Positions 13,900 through 28,268 of a DNA stretch of 64,000 nucleotides are shown here, piece after piece (within the stretch, counting starts at the first letter, position 1; every line of letters starts with the position of its first letter). The stretch spans positions 20,522,001 through 20,586,000 of the forward strand of contig NC_092671.1 in the NCBI RefSeq assembly GCF_964355755.1, given 5' to 3'. Made by a program: the position numbers and the translations under genes. This DNA is from Antedon mediterranea. Taxonomy: Eukaryota; Animalia; Echinodermata. The notes beneath the pieces are model-generated. The model had not been told where the DNA came from, ran no database searches, and saw only the letters and a program-made list of their open reading frames with translations.

Positions 13900-14040
13900 A
13901 GCTCTGTTTACACTATCAAACTTCATGTGACAAAAAAATGTGATGAGCCCAAATATTGTAGTGATATACACAAATACGGTAGTAATATGACATCATCATC
14001 ATGTGACATTTTTTGCCACATAAAGTTTGATAGTGTAGAG
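13900..14040. mobile_element. Short MITE
   Basis: TACACTATCAAACTT / AAGTTTGATAGTGTA inverted ends. Confidence 0.65.
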
Positions 14041-14232
14041 AGAGAGAGAGAGTCTAAATTATAATACAAACGCAATTTAATTTAAATTTTGTCTAGTGTA
14101 AGCATAGATCAAGATATCAGCATTAAAATGATAGAACCAAGAAAACAAGAACGATCATGTATGTATAATGTCAACTGGCTTAAAGTAAAATACAATTTGG
14201 TTTAATTTTGTAAAATAAAAATGCAAATTTAC

Positions 14233-14313
14233 CTTATGTTTGGGTCTTGTACTGCTTCTTGCTTTACTTTAGGTGGAGCTGGTCGGGCACTGCTAGGCCT
14301 GTTCATTTGTCGA
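14233..14313 (-). CDS. TRAF3IP1: TRAF3IP1 exon
   Basis: ttttcacag|T...AG|gtaaat, 81 nt, RQMNRPSSARPAPPKVKQEAVQDPNIR; resembles the conserved IFT54 RPxSARPAPP motif. Confidence 0.92.
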
Positions 14314-14399
14314 CTGTGAAAATAAAAATATTATTTCTAACAGTATACTTTACTACAATTTGAAGTTTTGTAAAAATAATGAATATATATTACTCTAAA

Positions 14400-14960
14400 A
14401 ACATTAAACCAGGTCATTCCTTGTCTTAAATGTTCGTTTTATGGTAAATTATGATAAAAAGAGAGAAACAATGCACTATCTAAGTAGCTCGCGGTGAATG
14501 TCCGTTTGTTGGCTGTCTTTAGGCCTAGCTAAGCTAGGCTTAGTTTTGTAGCCTAGCTGGTAAACATCGGTAACGTACAAACATCGTACACGAGCTATAT
14601 GCCTAGCCTGACGTTGTATAGTTGCTGCATTAAATATCTTCCTGTTTTTGACAAACTCAGTTAATACAAATTAGGGGAGACCCAGTATTTTCGCTGTAAG
14701 GAGTCTTCTATTTATTTTGGCCTCACAATTCATCGAAAAGTGGATGAATTACAGAAGAAAAACAAAAATATCAATCCGCGAGCAATGCATGTTGGGATTT
14801 ATAGCAGGTCACTAAAATTACTAGAATCGCCTTATTTTTCTAATTTTTTTACGATTTAAAGACGAAAAAAGTTATCTGAATAGGACCATATAGTATTTAT
14901 TTTTACATGTAGTTTGTGACCTTAAATCAGATCTAAAAAACGTAGGGAATGGGTCTTTAA
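14400..14960. mobile_element. Non-autonomous DNA element with a Kolobok-like terminus
   Basis: Ends GGGAATGGGTCT|TTAA; inverted matching terminus at about 9892-9925; paralog at 10398. Confidence 0.5.
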
Positions 14961-16139
14961 AGTTTATTGTTGTTCAACTTGTTATGGTATAAGAATACTA
15001 GGGCAGATCCATTTTACAAGGTGTCCTTTTTTTAGATGTAATAACATTTGATATATTTATGCATGTTTACGATGAATAGAAAGTTGATTACATCTAATAT
15101 CAAAATTTTTTGTTTAAGTGTACCAAATTTTCAGAAAAAGTACTATGTACTCATTTGTAATGTAGGCCTGCAATAAAACGTCTATTTCAGTTACCTATGG
15201 TAGTACATAGTACAGCTAAAAATTACTGCATCGTAACCCATAACAAAAATAAATGCAGTTAGGGCCAATATTTCTATTTAGCCTAGCTAGCCCCACAGCG
15301 ATTGTTTTAAAAAAAAACAACGAAGTACCATGCACCATACGCCTTTGAGTGCGTACAGAGTACCTATCTAGCATGCAGTATGTAGGTACTAGATAGTAGG
15401 CCTACCGTAAATAAAACCTGTGAAATACGTCAGAATGTTGCCTTCAATGCAATAAAAATATTATACAGCCATTGTGAATTAACAAATCGATTGCTATGTT
15501 TTAATTCGATGATATATTATTAAAAAAATTGAAATTTCCCACTAGGCCTATGTCCAACGTCCGGACCGGTGAACCTTAGTGAAGTGGGACAACTTTTTTT
15601 CATTCAATTTGTATCACCAGACAAGTATCAACATGTTTGATTTGTGTTGTTTTTATCACGTGAGAACAATGTTTGGTCAACCACTGATGTTCCACATGTT
15701 GTTTTCGCTCCTAGTTGGTGCACTCTATAATGTGGGTCATGAGTTATTGGATTTTATTCAACAAATGTATTATTTTAGCAGTGTTGGCTGATTCGTTCAT
15801 AGAATTAATTTTTACGCAATATTTAAATCAATGATTTTAATAAAGTTGTACCATGAAATGGAAACAAAACATTTTAATAATATTCAAAATATCAACAATC
15901 GCTAGGCTCTTAGCGCAGGCCTGTGGCTAGGCAGGCCTACTTGTACAAAACTGTAAGGGTAGAATTCGTCGATCAAAGGTGGTTTATTATACAAGCATTG
16001 TTCTCTTTTGATAACTGGTAACAATGGTGTTTATTTAACACCCATTTATTGGAGGCCTAGCAAAACAAAGCCTCTCGTAGTATCGCGATCCAACCTTTCG
16101 TGGAAACGTGTGTGCGTTGCTTTAGATCTCATACATTTT

Positions 16140-16870
16140 CTTGTCAGCCATTCTTAAGGTGCATAATGATATTATTTTTGCTCTTGATAAAGGTAATTGT
16201 GTTTTGTCTGTGTACCTCGACCTGTCGGCAGCTTTTCCATTCCATTCTTATTGCAAGACTCTTGTCTATTGGTATCCGTGGATCTGCTCTGACTTGGTTC
16301 AAGTCATATTTGTCTTCTCGGTAGTAGCAGGTCCAAATTGGTAATGTCAAAACGACCTCTATCGACCTGAAATGCGGTGTTCCTCAAGGATCAATACTGG
16401 GTCCAGTTTTGTTTTTAGTTTATGTCTCGCCCTTGAGTGATATCATTAGGAGACATTGTGTTCTATATCATGCGTACGCAGATGACACGCAACTGTACAT
16501 CAGCTTCAATCCAGCAGAGTTTAATAAGGCAAAGTCGGTTATCGAAGCTTGTGTTGTTGATGTTCAGGATTGCTCCGTTTTAACCATGTAAAATAGAAAT
16601 CTTATTTTTTCAATCAAAACACTCCAAGAATTTGCATATCAAAAAAATTAGTAAATCTGTTACCTACCACCTTTGTAACATAAGATCAATTCGCAAATCC
16701 TTAACCCACTCCTCGCTTATTAAACTTGTCCATGCACTAATAGCATCACGGTTAGACTACTACAATGCCATTTTGTTTGGTCTACCAAATAAAGAACTTA
16801 ATAAACTAAAACTTATTTTAAATACTGCAGCTCGACTTGTATCCGGCACTTCAAGATTTTCTCATATAAA
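16140..16870 (+). mobile_element. L2-type LINE RT fragment
   Basis: [41 protein letters not shown]. Confidence 0.9.
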
Positions 16871-18471
16871 ATTCTTCTTCTTAAATCTTATTTTTCCTAT
16901 ATTTCAAATTTTCTTACCTCAGCCTCAACCATGTGGGGGCTGAGGTCCTGGCTGAGGTTTCTGGTCATCGAGCAGCTCTATTTTAATATAGATAGATACA
17001 GATTTTATGTGGAACAAGCTACGCGGTTTCAGCTTACCGTTACCGATCTCTCTTCAAGCCGTACTACTTTCTTGTAGGTTTTAATATATAGGTACAAGGC
17101 CTTGTAAAATGGTGTGTACTCAATTTAAAATCATTAGTGTTCATATGCTACACCATTCTCACTAAAACGTATAAATAACTAGATTTAATTTGCAACTATG
17201 ACAAAGGTTATATGCTTTGATTTAAATATATAAGATATATTGTTTTTTAAAAATGTACTGTAGATATATTGATTGATTTTGTCAGAATCTTGAATCTTGA
17301 ATCTATATAAATTTACATAAGAGCAAATTTCAATAAATCATGCATAACTTTTATAATTTTTACTCAATGATATAGAATGTCAGTACACTACTTTTGGAAG
17401 TGATTTTTAACACTTAATGAATTGATTAATTAACTTTAGTTAGATAATTAAATATTGACAATTTAAACAAATTTAGGTTAGAGATGTTTTCCCAATTTGC
17501 TGAAACATACGTGCACAATAATTTTAGGATGCTTTAAATTGTTTTTAATTGCTGAATATATGTACACAACTCAATTACAACATTGTAATGGTAAACTAAA
17601 AGTTTTGATAAATACTATTTTCCCTTGTAAAACATACATTTTTACAAATATATTGCTTACAGTTGGTAAAAATAAGATTCAGCGAACTGAATAAATAAGG
17701 TAGACTAGGTATTTTTAAAATAAAATCGTAGAGAAATAAGAGGTAAACTAAAGGTAATTAAAAAATACAATCCCTGTATCTTAATTTTTTTTTCATTTCT
17801 GAGGACCAGAAAAATCACAAATTTTCGCAAACATTTTCAAAATTATTTGACTTCACACTTGTATAGTGCTCATATAACATGATTTAAAGTTGTAAGTAAG
17901 TAAGTTAGTTATAGGATGATATTGCTAAAAAAGATTGTAAAACAGAAATTGTGTTAAAAATTACACAATTTTTAGTTGCGTGCAATCTACAGCTCCCTAT
18001 GTCGGTCGGTTGTGCATATGTATATTGTATGCGCTACGCACATAATTTTATTTCTACATGGTGCAATATCTGAAATTTATGAGCACCAAATGTGCTTTAA
18101 TTTTGATAGCTAGTTGTAAAGATATAACAAACGTGATTTCATTAAATCGCGCGACCTCATAATGTTTTATTGTACACCAAGAAAAGCTTACAGCAATTCC
18201 TGGCCATGTGGCTTGATGAAATAGATCTCAAGATCATTGATGGAAAAAACAATGTTAAGGAAAGAATAAATGAATAAAAAAACAAAGATTCTGACAAAAT
18301 CAAAAAGGTATTGCATGATAATGCATATACCCTAAAAATAGAAAACCTACAAAACCTGTGCAATTGTAACCCAAATCATGACAATATTATATCATGTAAT
18401 TTTATATCCATTGTTTTATCTTCAAAACTCAATGTAATTATGTATGCATAAAAATGCTGATAATTATCAAC

Positions 18472-18532
18472 CTTGCATTGACTTGTGGAGGAAGTGTATC
18501 AGCATCTTGTCTTTTCTGATCGTGGTCATAAT
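18472..18532 (-). CDS. TRAF3IP1: TRAF3IP1 exon
   Basis: ttttgcag|AT...AG|gttgat, 61 nt, DYDHDQKRQDADTLPPQVNAS; phase 1/2 links the flanking exons. Confidence 0.8.
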
Positions 18533-19043
18533 CTGCAAAATAAATGCCATATTGTAAATGATTTGTGCCTTTCAACTATAAACTAGAAACTCTAATTATA
18601 TTATTGTCTAATTCTAATACATACACTATCAATTACAAAATTATCCACAATAGTGTACAATATTGCACGCATAAAATATTATTTAAATAAACAATGAATC
18701 TGTAATAAAAACAAGAAATATTTCGACTTTAATTATTTTTCTTTCCTCAGAAATAATGATTTATTATGAATTATTAGTAGTTAAACATTTTGTGTAACGT
18801 AATCGGAATGGACTAAAAATTGGTGAGTGTAGAGTAGCATGTGTTGGATTTGATACTTAAAAGTAGGAATTTCAAGAGCAGCCAAATGCCTATTTTTCCA
18901 TAACCTTGCAATGTTTTCTATAGTTTTTTACTGGACGGCTGTCAGCATTGAGCAATTTGCATAATTAGCATAAAAAAATGGCCACTATTTTCATACAAAC
19001 ATGCTATATCTCTGGAAATACTGGATGTATTGAGATATATGTA

Positions 19044-19699
19044 TCTATAATGTAATAGCACTAAGCCAAAATTTGTTCCTCTATCTCCTCTTAAACCGCA
19101 AGTCCGATACTAGCGTAGTTTGAGCTGGGGCACCTTTTTATTTCTCTCTACCCATTAGTCTATATAAGAACGGCAAATTTGTACGAAGCAAAACCAGTGA
19201 AATAAAAATAAAATGTAAATGAATAAACTTAATTCATGTTTCCGTAGCAATGTGTTTTTCATTCGATTTTTGTGCACTTTTTTTTATCTCTATATACATA
19301 TCAAATAATTAATACACCACGAAAAACACCCAAAATAACACCCAAAATAATATAGTTTGGCATTTTTATACTCTTGTTATGTGTTTGCGCGCATCATCTA
19401 ATTTACACAGCACAATTTTTCTTTAGCGTCTTTTATTTTCCAGTCAAAAGTTCCATATCCACTGTACTATTTCTTTAATTTTTTAGCCTACATATATTGA
19501 AGTGAAGGAATAGTGTATAACAAACAAATGGCCGTAAATACAGTAGTTCCGAATTTTATTCGTGATACAATTTGTTTTTATTTTAATAATTTGTCAAAGT
19601 ACTTTTATCAAAGTGCGCTGTTATTATACTTGCCCATGCAAAGTATATAACAACATATGAAGGCAGAAAAAGACCGTGCGGAGCACGGGTTACTGCTAG
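19044..19699 (+). mobile_element. Non-autonomous Helitron
   Basis: 3' hairpin CCGTGC-GGA-GCACGG followed by CTAG|T; candidate 5' end A|TCTATAAT (less certain). Confidence 0.7.
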
Positions 19700-19869
19700 T
19701 ACTACATTATAGGCATAATAATCAATTATTTATATTTCTATAATAGGCCTAGCGTGTCTAAATAGATTCATGTATAAACTCATCATGTTGTTTATTTTTT
19801 GTAACGATAAGTAGTCATATCGTCTCAAATCTGTACTTTTACAAAGTTCACAAACCCAGCGGGCAGACC

Positions 19870-21010
19870 GACGTTGAATCTACCCCTGTCGATTAAACGT
19901 CATCATTTTAACGTTGTATCAACGTTGAAATCAGGTTGAAGTCCGACAATGCTAGGTCGATTAACCTTCGTCTATACAATGTAGCAATCTGACGTCGATA
20001 CAACGTTGTAATAAGGGCGATATCTGACTATTTAATGTTGATCTACTCCTATCGATACAACGTAAATATTTAACGTTGATAAAATGTTGTAATTAGGTGC
20101 GATATCTGACTATTCAATGTTGATCTACCCCCGTCGATACGTCACTATTTAACATTGATAAAACGTTGTAATTAGGGTGAAATCTGACTATTCAATGTTG
20201 ATCTACCCCTGTCGATACAACTCCAATATTTAACGTTAATACAACGTTGTAATTATGGCGATGTTTGACTTTTCTAGGTTCATATATCCCCGTTGATACA
20301 ACGTTGAAATATGGTTGAAGTCTGACCATTTAAGGTCGATCTACCTTTGTTGATTCAACGTCACTATATAACGTAGTATCAACGTTGAAATCGGGTTGAA
20401 GCCTGACCATCTGAAATCGCTCTACCATCGTCATTACTACGTCACTATTTTACGTCGATACAACGTTGAAATCAGGTTGAAGCCTGACAATTTGAGGTCA
20501 ATCTACCATCGTCGAAACAACGTCACTATATTAATGTCGATACAACGTTAAAATCCGGTTGAAAGCTGCCCTTTTAATGTCAATCTACCATCGTCGATAC
20601 AACGTCACTATTTAGTGTCGGTCTACCACTGTTGATACGACGTCACTATATAACGTTTTACACAATGTTGAAATCAGGTTGAATACTGACAATAAGGTCG
20701 ATCTACCATCGTCAAAACAACGTCACCATTTAACGTTGATACAACAATGAAAGTCTGACAATTTAGTATCGATCTACCATTATCAATACACCGTCACTAT
20801 AGTAACGTTAATTGAAGTCTGAAAATTTAAGTTCAATCTACAATCGTCGAAACAATGTCACTATTTAACGTTGATACAACGGTCTGCCATCGTCGAAACA
20901 ACGTCACTATATTAACGTTGATATAACATAGGAATTAGGTTGAAATCTGACAATATTAAAGGTCGGTTTACCCGTCCTTGATACAACGTCACTATTTAAC
21001 GTTGATACGA
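19870..21010. repeat. Left subterminal array of ~80-bp units rich in CAACGTTG/GTCGAT
   Basis: Degenerate tandem units seen directly. Confidence 0.9.
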
Positions 21011-21633
21011 CAGAATCCGTGGTCCGTTTTGCGTTATAATGTGTGAACGCTTTCATTAAAAATAGGTGCATGTTCATCTGCAAGTTGTTAATCCAACGTC
21101 AGCTGAACGTCAAACATTATAATTGGCTGATAGTTACACATTCGGTTGGATTCCATACGTCATCCCAACACTTGGACATCGACTCAAATAGAAGCATCGT
21201 GTAGTTGGTGATTGAGTTACATGAATTTGTAACTAAGGACTCTTTAAACCAGGGAACCAGAATACAGAGAGCCCTCCTCAGATAAAAACTATTAATTATA
21301 TTGTTTAAGCCACTACAAGTGACGTTAATTACTCCAATGGGAGAATCTAGGTCACATTCCATTCACTAAACTGTACTTCGCTTCGCCCAACGACGGAAGT
21401 CTCCATTTGAATTTTGAATTGGTAACTGCTATCATCTTGCTCTTCAGTTAATGTTGCTTATTATTTTGCTGGTAAGATTTTGTATTTTAAACTTTAGGTT
21501 AGTTTAAAATGTTTTTGATGATTACAAATCGTACAATTGGTATATATCCAATTATATCACCGTTTTGCCATTGAGTGAACCGGTGTAAATTACTGTAGTA
21601 ATAATACAGTACTGTATATTTATATTAATAATA

Positions 21634-24600
21634 TAGACTGTGGGCCCATACCGTAACCCCATATAGGTTTTCAAATCAGGTTGTCTGCACATTGCGCAGT
21701 GGTGCGTAAACCGATGAGGGCGCTTTTTCCAAAATGGCCGCCAAATTTAATAAAATATTATATATATTGATAAAACAGTAATTTATATGCTAAAATTAAC
21801 TTGTTTTTTAATTGTTCTGTATTGAAATAATGTGTGGTCAGGTCATTGTATATGTTTGTATTCCGAAAAGTCAATATAGAGGGCGCATTTCAAAATGGCC
21901 GTCGAAAATCATAAAACTTAACAAAATTGAAGTAATTACTAGAAATGATTATATAAACAATCAGAAAAATGTCAGAATGTCATTTTACCATTCAATAATT
22001 TAACTGGTACTGACATTATTTGATTAAACTAATAAAATAATATTATTATTATTAAAATAATACAAAAACTTCTATCAAACAAATTAGTTGATGCATGACA
22101 TTCAACTTTAAACCAATCAGCACACAGATAGCAGTGTAGTAGTCTAGTTGATCAGTTGTATGAAACCAGTCTAGTCTATATAACATTGAGCTAAATTAGC
22201 GAAGAAAATTGTGCTTTTTCAACAACAAAGTTAATTCATAGTAAGTATTACAAGCAATTTGCTCTCCTAGTACAGTACATGGTGCAAAATGTGGACTAGC
22301 CTAGGCCTAGGAGAACTTGGTAAAACTGCACAGTTCTGGCTTAACTATATGGATCGAGTTTGGCTTATCCTTCAATTTCAAAGAGCAACTAAGAAAACAA
22401 TTTTGATTTGCATTTAGCTAGCCTACAAAGAATGTGTAGTCTGTTTTTTAGCTACGACCACCAAAACTATGCTAGATATACAATGGTGTATTTCCTGTCT
22501 CTCCTAAACATACCAGAGACACATCCCGGAGCAGAGGAGCTCTTGCGACACAATGGTTTCAGCGTTAAACGATCACAAATTCCGATGTCGAGAAATGCTG
22601 TTGACATCACAATTGAACAAACTATCAACCGTCACGCAAAGTGCCATGGTGGAATCATAGGATTCAGCAGGAACTATTCGGCATATCATAGGTAGTGCAC
22701 GACAAGACACAGTAGGGCTGGTTACCAGCAAGCCACAATGGAAATGGCAGACATGGATAACATGGAATCGACTTCACACAAGGGCTCCTCACACATCATC
22801 AACAGTGAACAAGATACTTACAAGGTTCTAGCAGCATTTCATAATTTTGTAAATCCTTTTGTTGTTGAAAACAAGAACGTCCTCTACTGTCTGTCATCAG
22901 GTGCACCAGTATCAGATGAGATCGAACATGATCTCCTCCAGGCTGATAATATTGGAAAACAGGCTTACGACAAATTTGTTATGCAACGACTTGTTGAAGG
23001 CACAGTAAGTTTTCATCATCCAATCAAGAAGTGTAAACTAAAGACATTTGTACAACTTGCCAAATCCTGTAAGATCTCGGGACAGTCAAAGAAGACCAAA
23101 GAAGTAAAAGCTGAAAGAAATGTATTTGGTCAGCTTGTACTTTTAGCAATGAAGCATGACATTAGTATGGAGAGGGTGCTTAGTTTCTCATTGGGCCCTG
23201 TTCCATGGGCACTTGCAACAGCTGATGGTGTTCCAGTGAAGACAGACAAGGCAAAGCTTATGCATGCATTGGTAGGCGAATCGAACACAATAGAAAGGCC
23301 GGCTGGAGAAACCACATATATTGTTCACTGAATGGCTCTGCTGCAAGCACAGATGGCTTTGCCTGATACATTTGGAGACCTGGCAGAGAGTATATTTGGA
23401 CAGCTGCCTAAGGTAAAACGTGTGGACTTTGTAACTGATACCTACCTCCCACTATCAATCAAAGGAATTGAAAGGGCTAGAAGAGGTTCTTCTAAATCCC
23501 ATATAATTAAAGGAGTCAATACTAAAGTGCCACGAGACTGGAAATCGTTTCTGTCAAGCGATGACAATAAGATGACACTAACAGAATTTTCTACTAAGTG
23601 AATGGAAAAAGAATAAATATGCACCAAATCTTCATGGAAGAGAAGTTGTATTTGGCTATACGAATAAATGCATAAGTCTGAAGAGCAATGATGGCCCAGA
23701 AACTATGTCAGAGTTATCGTCAACACAGGAAGAGGCTGATACGAAGTTGATTCTCCACTGTCTGCAAATTGCCAGAAATTCATCATCCAATTCTACCATA
23801 ATCATTCGATCTCCAGACACAGATGTCTTCATTCTTCTGCTTTATCACACCCAGGAACTGACTCAAACAATACTATTTGATACAGGTGTTGGCAATAAAA
23901 GACGTCTTGTAGATGTGCATAAAGTCATAAGTGATGTGGGAAATGATGTGTGTCATGCCCTTCCCGCATTACATGCATTCAGTGGTTGTGACACAACCAG
24001 TGCATTTGTTCGTAAGGGGAAACTACTACCTTTGAAGATCCTCAAACAGCACCAGGAATTTCTTGGTGCATTTCTGACTCTTGGCCGATCATTGGAAATT
24101 GCAGATGAAACTCATGAAAGCTTGGAGCATTTTGTGTGCCGTCTTTACAACACTAAATCTACTGTAACTGACATTAACACTTTGCGACATGATAAATTTC
24201 TGGAAAGATTTAGTGTCAAGCCAGGTGCAATACTTTCGACCTATGCTGGCATGCCGAGATGCTCTAAAAATGCATGTTAAAAGATCTAATTATCAAGCGT
24301 TTATTTGGTACCAAGCACACCAAGCCGTACCAAATATCCCTCAACCAGACGGGCATGGTGTATTCAAAATGAAAAGTTGGACTTGAAGTGGACGGAAGGT
24401 GATATGATGCCACATGAGCTGGTTGACGTATTGGTAGAGGAACAGGAAGAGGAGGATGAGGAGGAGGATGATGATGAGCAAACTGAATTTAACAACTTGA
24501 TGGACATTTTTTTTGACACGGAAGAAGACTAGATAATCTTGTTATTGAAACTTTTACAGTTAGAGGAAAAATGGCAAAATCAGCACTGTGTTCATGTTAC

Positions 24601-25487
24601 AAGAGTAGTCAAAACAATATAGATTATCTGATAAAAATCCTAGAAAGTAGGACAAATTTTGCCATTTTTCCCTTGACTGTTTATTGTAAATAGTAAGAAA
24701 TGGCATTTCCAGTTACTTTTCCATACAACATTCTACTAGAGCAACTATAAAACCACATGTTCTGAAAAATTTGCAACAATTTCCAAATGTATACTACCAG
24801 TAGTTAGAGAGATATGACAAAACCAGGTCAAAAGTCATAAAGGTCATAAATGTCACTTCCGGTAATTTTTTGACAAAATGTTTCATTAGAGCAAATAGAA
24901 ATATGCATATTGTAAACAATTTGAGATCATTTACAAGTGTCTATCATGTAAAGTCAATGTTATGTCTTTAAAATATAGAAAAAAACCCAATAGTGCACTT
25001 TTATTAGAATTGTTGGCAGCCATTTTGACAAAACGGTCAGAAATGGCATTCCCAGTCCCCTTTACATAAAACTCTCCATTAGAGCAAGTATAAAACCACA
25101 TGTTCCAAACAATTTGCGACAAATTCCAAATGTGTACTACCAGTAGTTATAGAGATATGACAAAACCGGGTCAAAGGTCAGAGTGACAAAAATGTCATTT
25201 CCGGTCAAATTTTTACAAAACTTTTCATTAGAGCAAATAGAAATGTGCTAACTGTAAACAATTTGAGACCATTTATAAGTCTCTACCATGAGTGGTTGCC
25301 AAGATAGAGGCACCTGAGCCTATGGGCAGCCATTTTGAAAACGCGCCCTCACGGGAATACGCACCACTGCGCAATGTGCAGACAACCTGATTTTAGTTCG
25401 TATATGGGTAGGGTTAAAAAAAATACTGGTCCCGAAAAATCCCCAGGGGAGGGGGGGGGAGGGTCCCGTGTTTGAGCCCACAGTCTA
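21634..25487 (+). mobile_element. Academ DNA transposon (internally deleted)
   Basis: TAGACTGTGGG...CCCACAGTCTA, ATA TSD confirmed by the empty site near 46273, perfect 36-bp inner inverted repeat, transposase remnant. Confidence 0.9.
22311..24532 (+). pseudogene. Academ transposase C-terminal part (XPG/FEN-like nuclease region) with stops and frameshifts
   Basis: YDHQNYARY, DITIEQTINR, QEEADTK, SPDTDV, HAFSGCDTTS, acidic tail. Confidence 0.85.
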
Positions 25488-25888
25488 ATACCTCTGAGTG
25501 TAATCACTTCTTTATAGTTATGATGTTTAAATAGTTAAAATTACTAAAAAGTTACTTAAAATATAGCTACAGTATTACCTTAAATCTCGTAAAATAAATA
25601 TGTATTGATTAATTTAGACTTCTGTTGTCATTATAAGAGTATTGTAATATGTATTCATTTCTATATGTTGGTTATAGCTTTAATACTGCTAAATATAATC
25701 CCATATTAATCGCCATTTGATATCGCATGCTGGTCTGTAGTTTTATGAAGCTAAGATGTAGCCTACTACACTGAAAATTTAAGAAAAATATAATTTATCC
25801 CTCTTTTAATTGGAACACAGCCACAACGAAAGACAAAAAAACAACAGAGAAGAAGAAACAAGTGGTGTCAACTGTTTACAGCAGAGTC

Positions 25889-25891
<3 letters not shown>

Positions 25892-25928
<37 letters not shown>
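25892..25928. repeat. (AG)n microsatellite
   Basis: Seen directly. Confidence 0.95.
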
Positions 25929-26533
25929 CTAGAGCTGCTACTGTCAAGATTCTGCACCTTAATCAAAAAGAGAGTAAAGTCAAATTTGTAAATTTAAAAT
26001 TTATATTTAAAAAAATAAAAAAAATATCTGGGCTAGCCTAAGCCCAGGTAGGTCCTATGCCTATAGGAGGCCTATTGATTGTTTGTTTGTTGCCTATTAA
26101 ATTATTATTATTAATAATTAGTAGGATAGGCCTAATCAATAAATATTAATATACTTTGTCTTTACTACATATATAGAATTAGAATTGGTGTATCAATTAT
26201 CTTGGCATGGCAATATTGCTTGTAGTCGTGAAGTTAAATAGGCCTAGTTTTCTTTTCACAATAGTAGGCCTAGGCCTACTACAGTACTTTATTATTGGTA
26301 ATTTTGTAGTCTGGATAGTGAAACAAATCTAAACATATAGCCTAGGCCTATATTATAATAATAACAACTTTATTTAAAAACGGATGCAACACTTGAATCA
26401 CCATATTGGTGTTTTTCACAACTTAGGCCGTTACTTACTACAAAACTATTTACACAAGTTATCATTTACAGTACATATGATTAAAAAATTATACAAAAAA
26501 AAATGATTTTTAGGCCTAGGTAGGCTAGGTATA

Positions 26534-27496
26534 TAGACTTGCCCCAAGTCTGTATTTATTGTCTTTTTTTTTTATTTATTTGTTTTTATTTCGACCGCGA
26601 TTTTTATCTGAAAATACAGACTTGTGAAACACGTATAGAAATCGATTTGCAGACCGCAAACCTCCGATAAGAATGACGTAGGTTATCATACCGTATTTGG
26701 CTATATGGGGCGGGCGGTATGTAAATATGGATTTTGAATCAACCAATGATCATTTTGTTTCAAAATGAAAAAGATCGAGTACGTACAGTGCTGAATGTAC
26801 GATCGAGACTGAACAACTGTTGATAAAATATAAAATCGTGTTGCCAAGTTGTTTTGTTTATTAATTGTTTAGTCCTCCTTCGTAGGGCTACTCAACTCGT
26901 ACGTATGACATGCCAAATAAAATGCCAATAAATAAGGTACATACCACCACCGACCGGCACACAACAGGGCTACACCACCACAAACACAGAACAGGACAGG
27001 GTCTGGGTGTGAATTATAAAATCAAATTATCTCCGCATAATATGATCCATTCAATGTTTGATTTGGCGGAGAAGCTAGCCTATCATATCAAGACGAGTTT
27101 TCATGTTCTTGGGAAAAATCCCATCAAATGTTTACCAGACAACTAGGCATATAAAATCATTTATAGCCTTCAGAAACTTTCATCAATGTATACCCAAGTA
27201 CACATTGTCTAAACGTAGCATAGCGCATGCGTATCATCTTAGATGTTGAGTCTTTGAAATTCTGAAATATGAATATTAAAACTGCCTGCGAGTGAGTAGC
27301 CAATGGCATGCGGCTGAAACTAGTCAACTGGATAGTTTATGCACCAAGAATTCTTGGGGTCAAACCACGTGACTTATGCGTGTTTCCCCAGACGGAGTAT
27401 CCAAACTCAAGTAATACATGTATGAAACGCCATATGTGCAAAAATATTTATATTTTTACTAATATTAAGACAAAACTCCGTCTGGAGCCCAAACTA
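26534..27496. mobile_element. Non-autonomous TAG...CTA element with a 10-bp direct repeat (AcademH-like)
   Basis: GCTAGGTATA on both sides; right end reads TAGTTTGGGCTCCAGAC on the minus strand; absent from EnSpm copy 2. Confidence 0.55.
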
Positions 27497-27799
27497 GCTA
27501 GGTATATTATGTCATCATTTATTTTGTAATTTAGTACCTAGGCCTAGGTAAAGTATCAGTATTATTAATTAAATCGTTAAAGTCGTTTACAACTGACACT
27601 GAATTCTAAAAAATGTTGAAGAATCCTATGAACTGTTGGATTAGGCCCTTAGTTATTTATATGATTTATATTGTAATTATGCTGTATTACTATTAGTTAT
27701 TACAATTTTCATTTATAGTTGCTGCAATTTGTTTATGAAATAAAGCGATATTACTTGGTCCAAAAAAATTGAAAATTTTTTATTATGTGTAATGGTTTA

Positions 27800-28235
27800 A
27801 ATTGGACGTCGATACAACATTGAAATCGTGACGTTTAACACAACGTTAATCCAACTTGTAATGACGTCGTTGCTCGACGTCGATTCACCTTTCAAATCCA
27901 AGTACATTTCAACATTGTATCGACGTCGTGACTGGACGTCGAAGTAACATTCATATTTGACGTTGAAACAATGTCAAACATATGACTAAAATCCAACATT
28001 TATCGACGTCGTGACTGGACGTCTTTTTAACGTTGATATCCGACGTTGACAACTGACATCGATTCAACTTTCAAATCCAACTACAAAACAACGTTGAATC
28101 GACGTTGCGACTGGACGTCGATGTAACGTTTATATCTGACGCTGACACAACGTCACAAAGATTACGTCGATTCACCTTTCAAATCCAACTACATTCAACG
28201 GCGTGTCGACGTCAGGGTTCTACGTTAATCCAACA
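27800..28235. repeat. Right subterminal array (GACGTC/AACGTT-rich)
   Basis: Repeated CGACGTCGTGACTGGACGTC. Confidence 0.85.
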
Positions 28236-28268
28236 GGTTTTGCCCGCTGGGAACTGTCTGTGGTTATA

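Larger units (their letters stand above)
19855..28251. mobile_element. CMC-EnSpm-like non-autonomous transposon, copy 1 (with nested insertions)
   Basis: Termini CCCAGCGGGCA...TGCCCGCTGGG, AA on both sides (2-bp TSD), subterminal arrays, colinear with 43818-47640. Confidence 0.85.
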
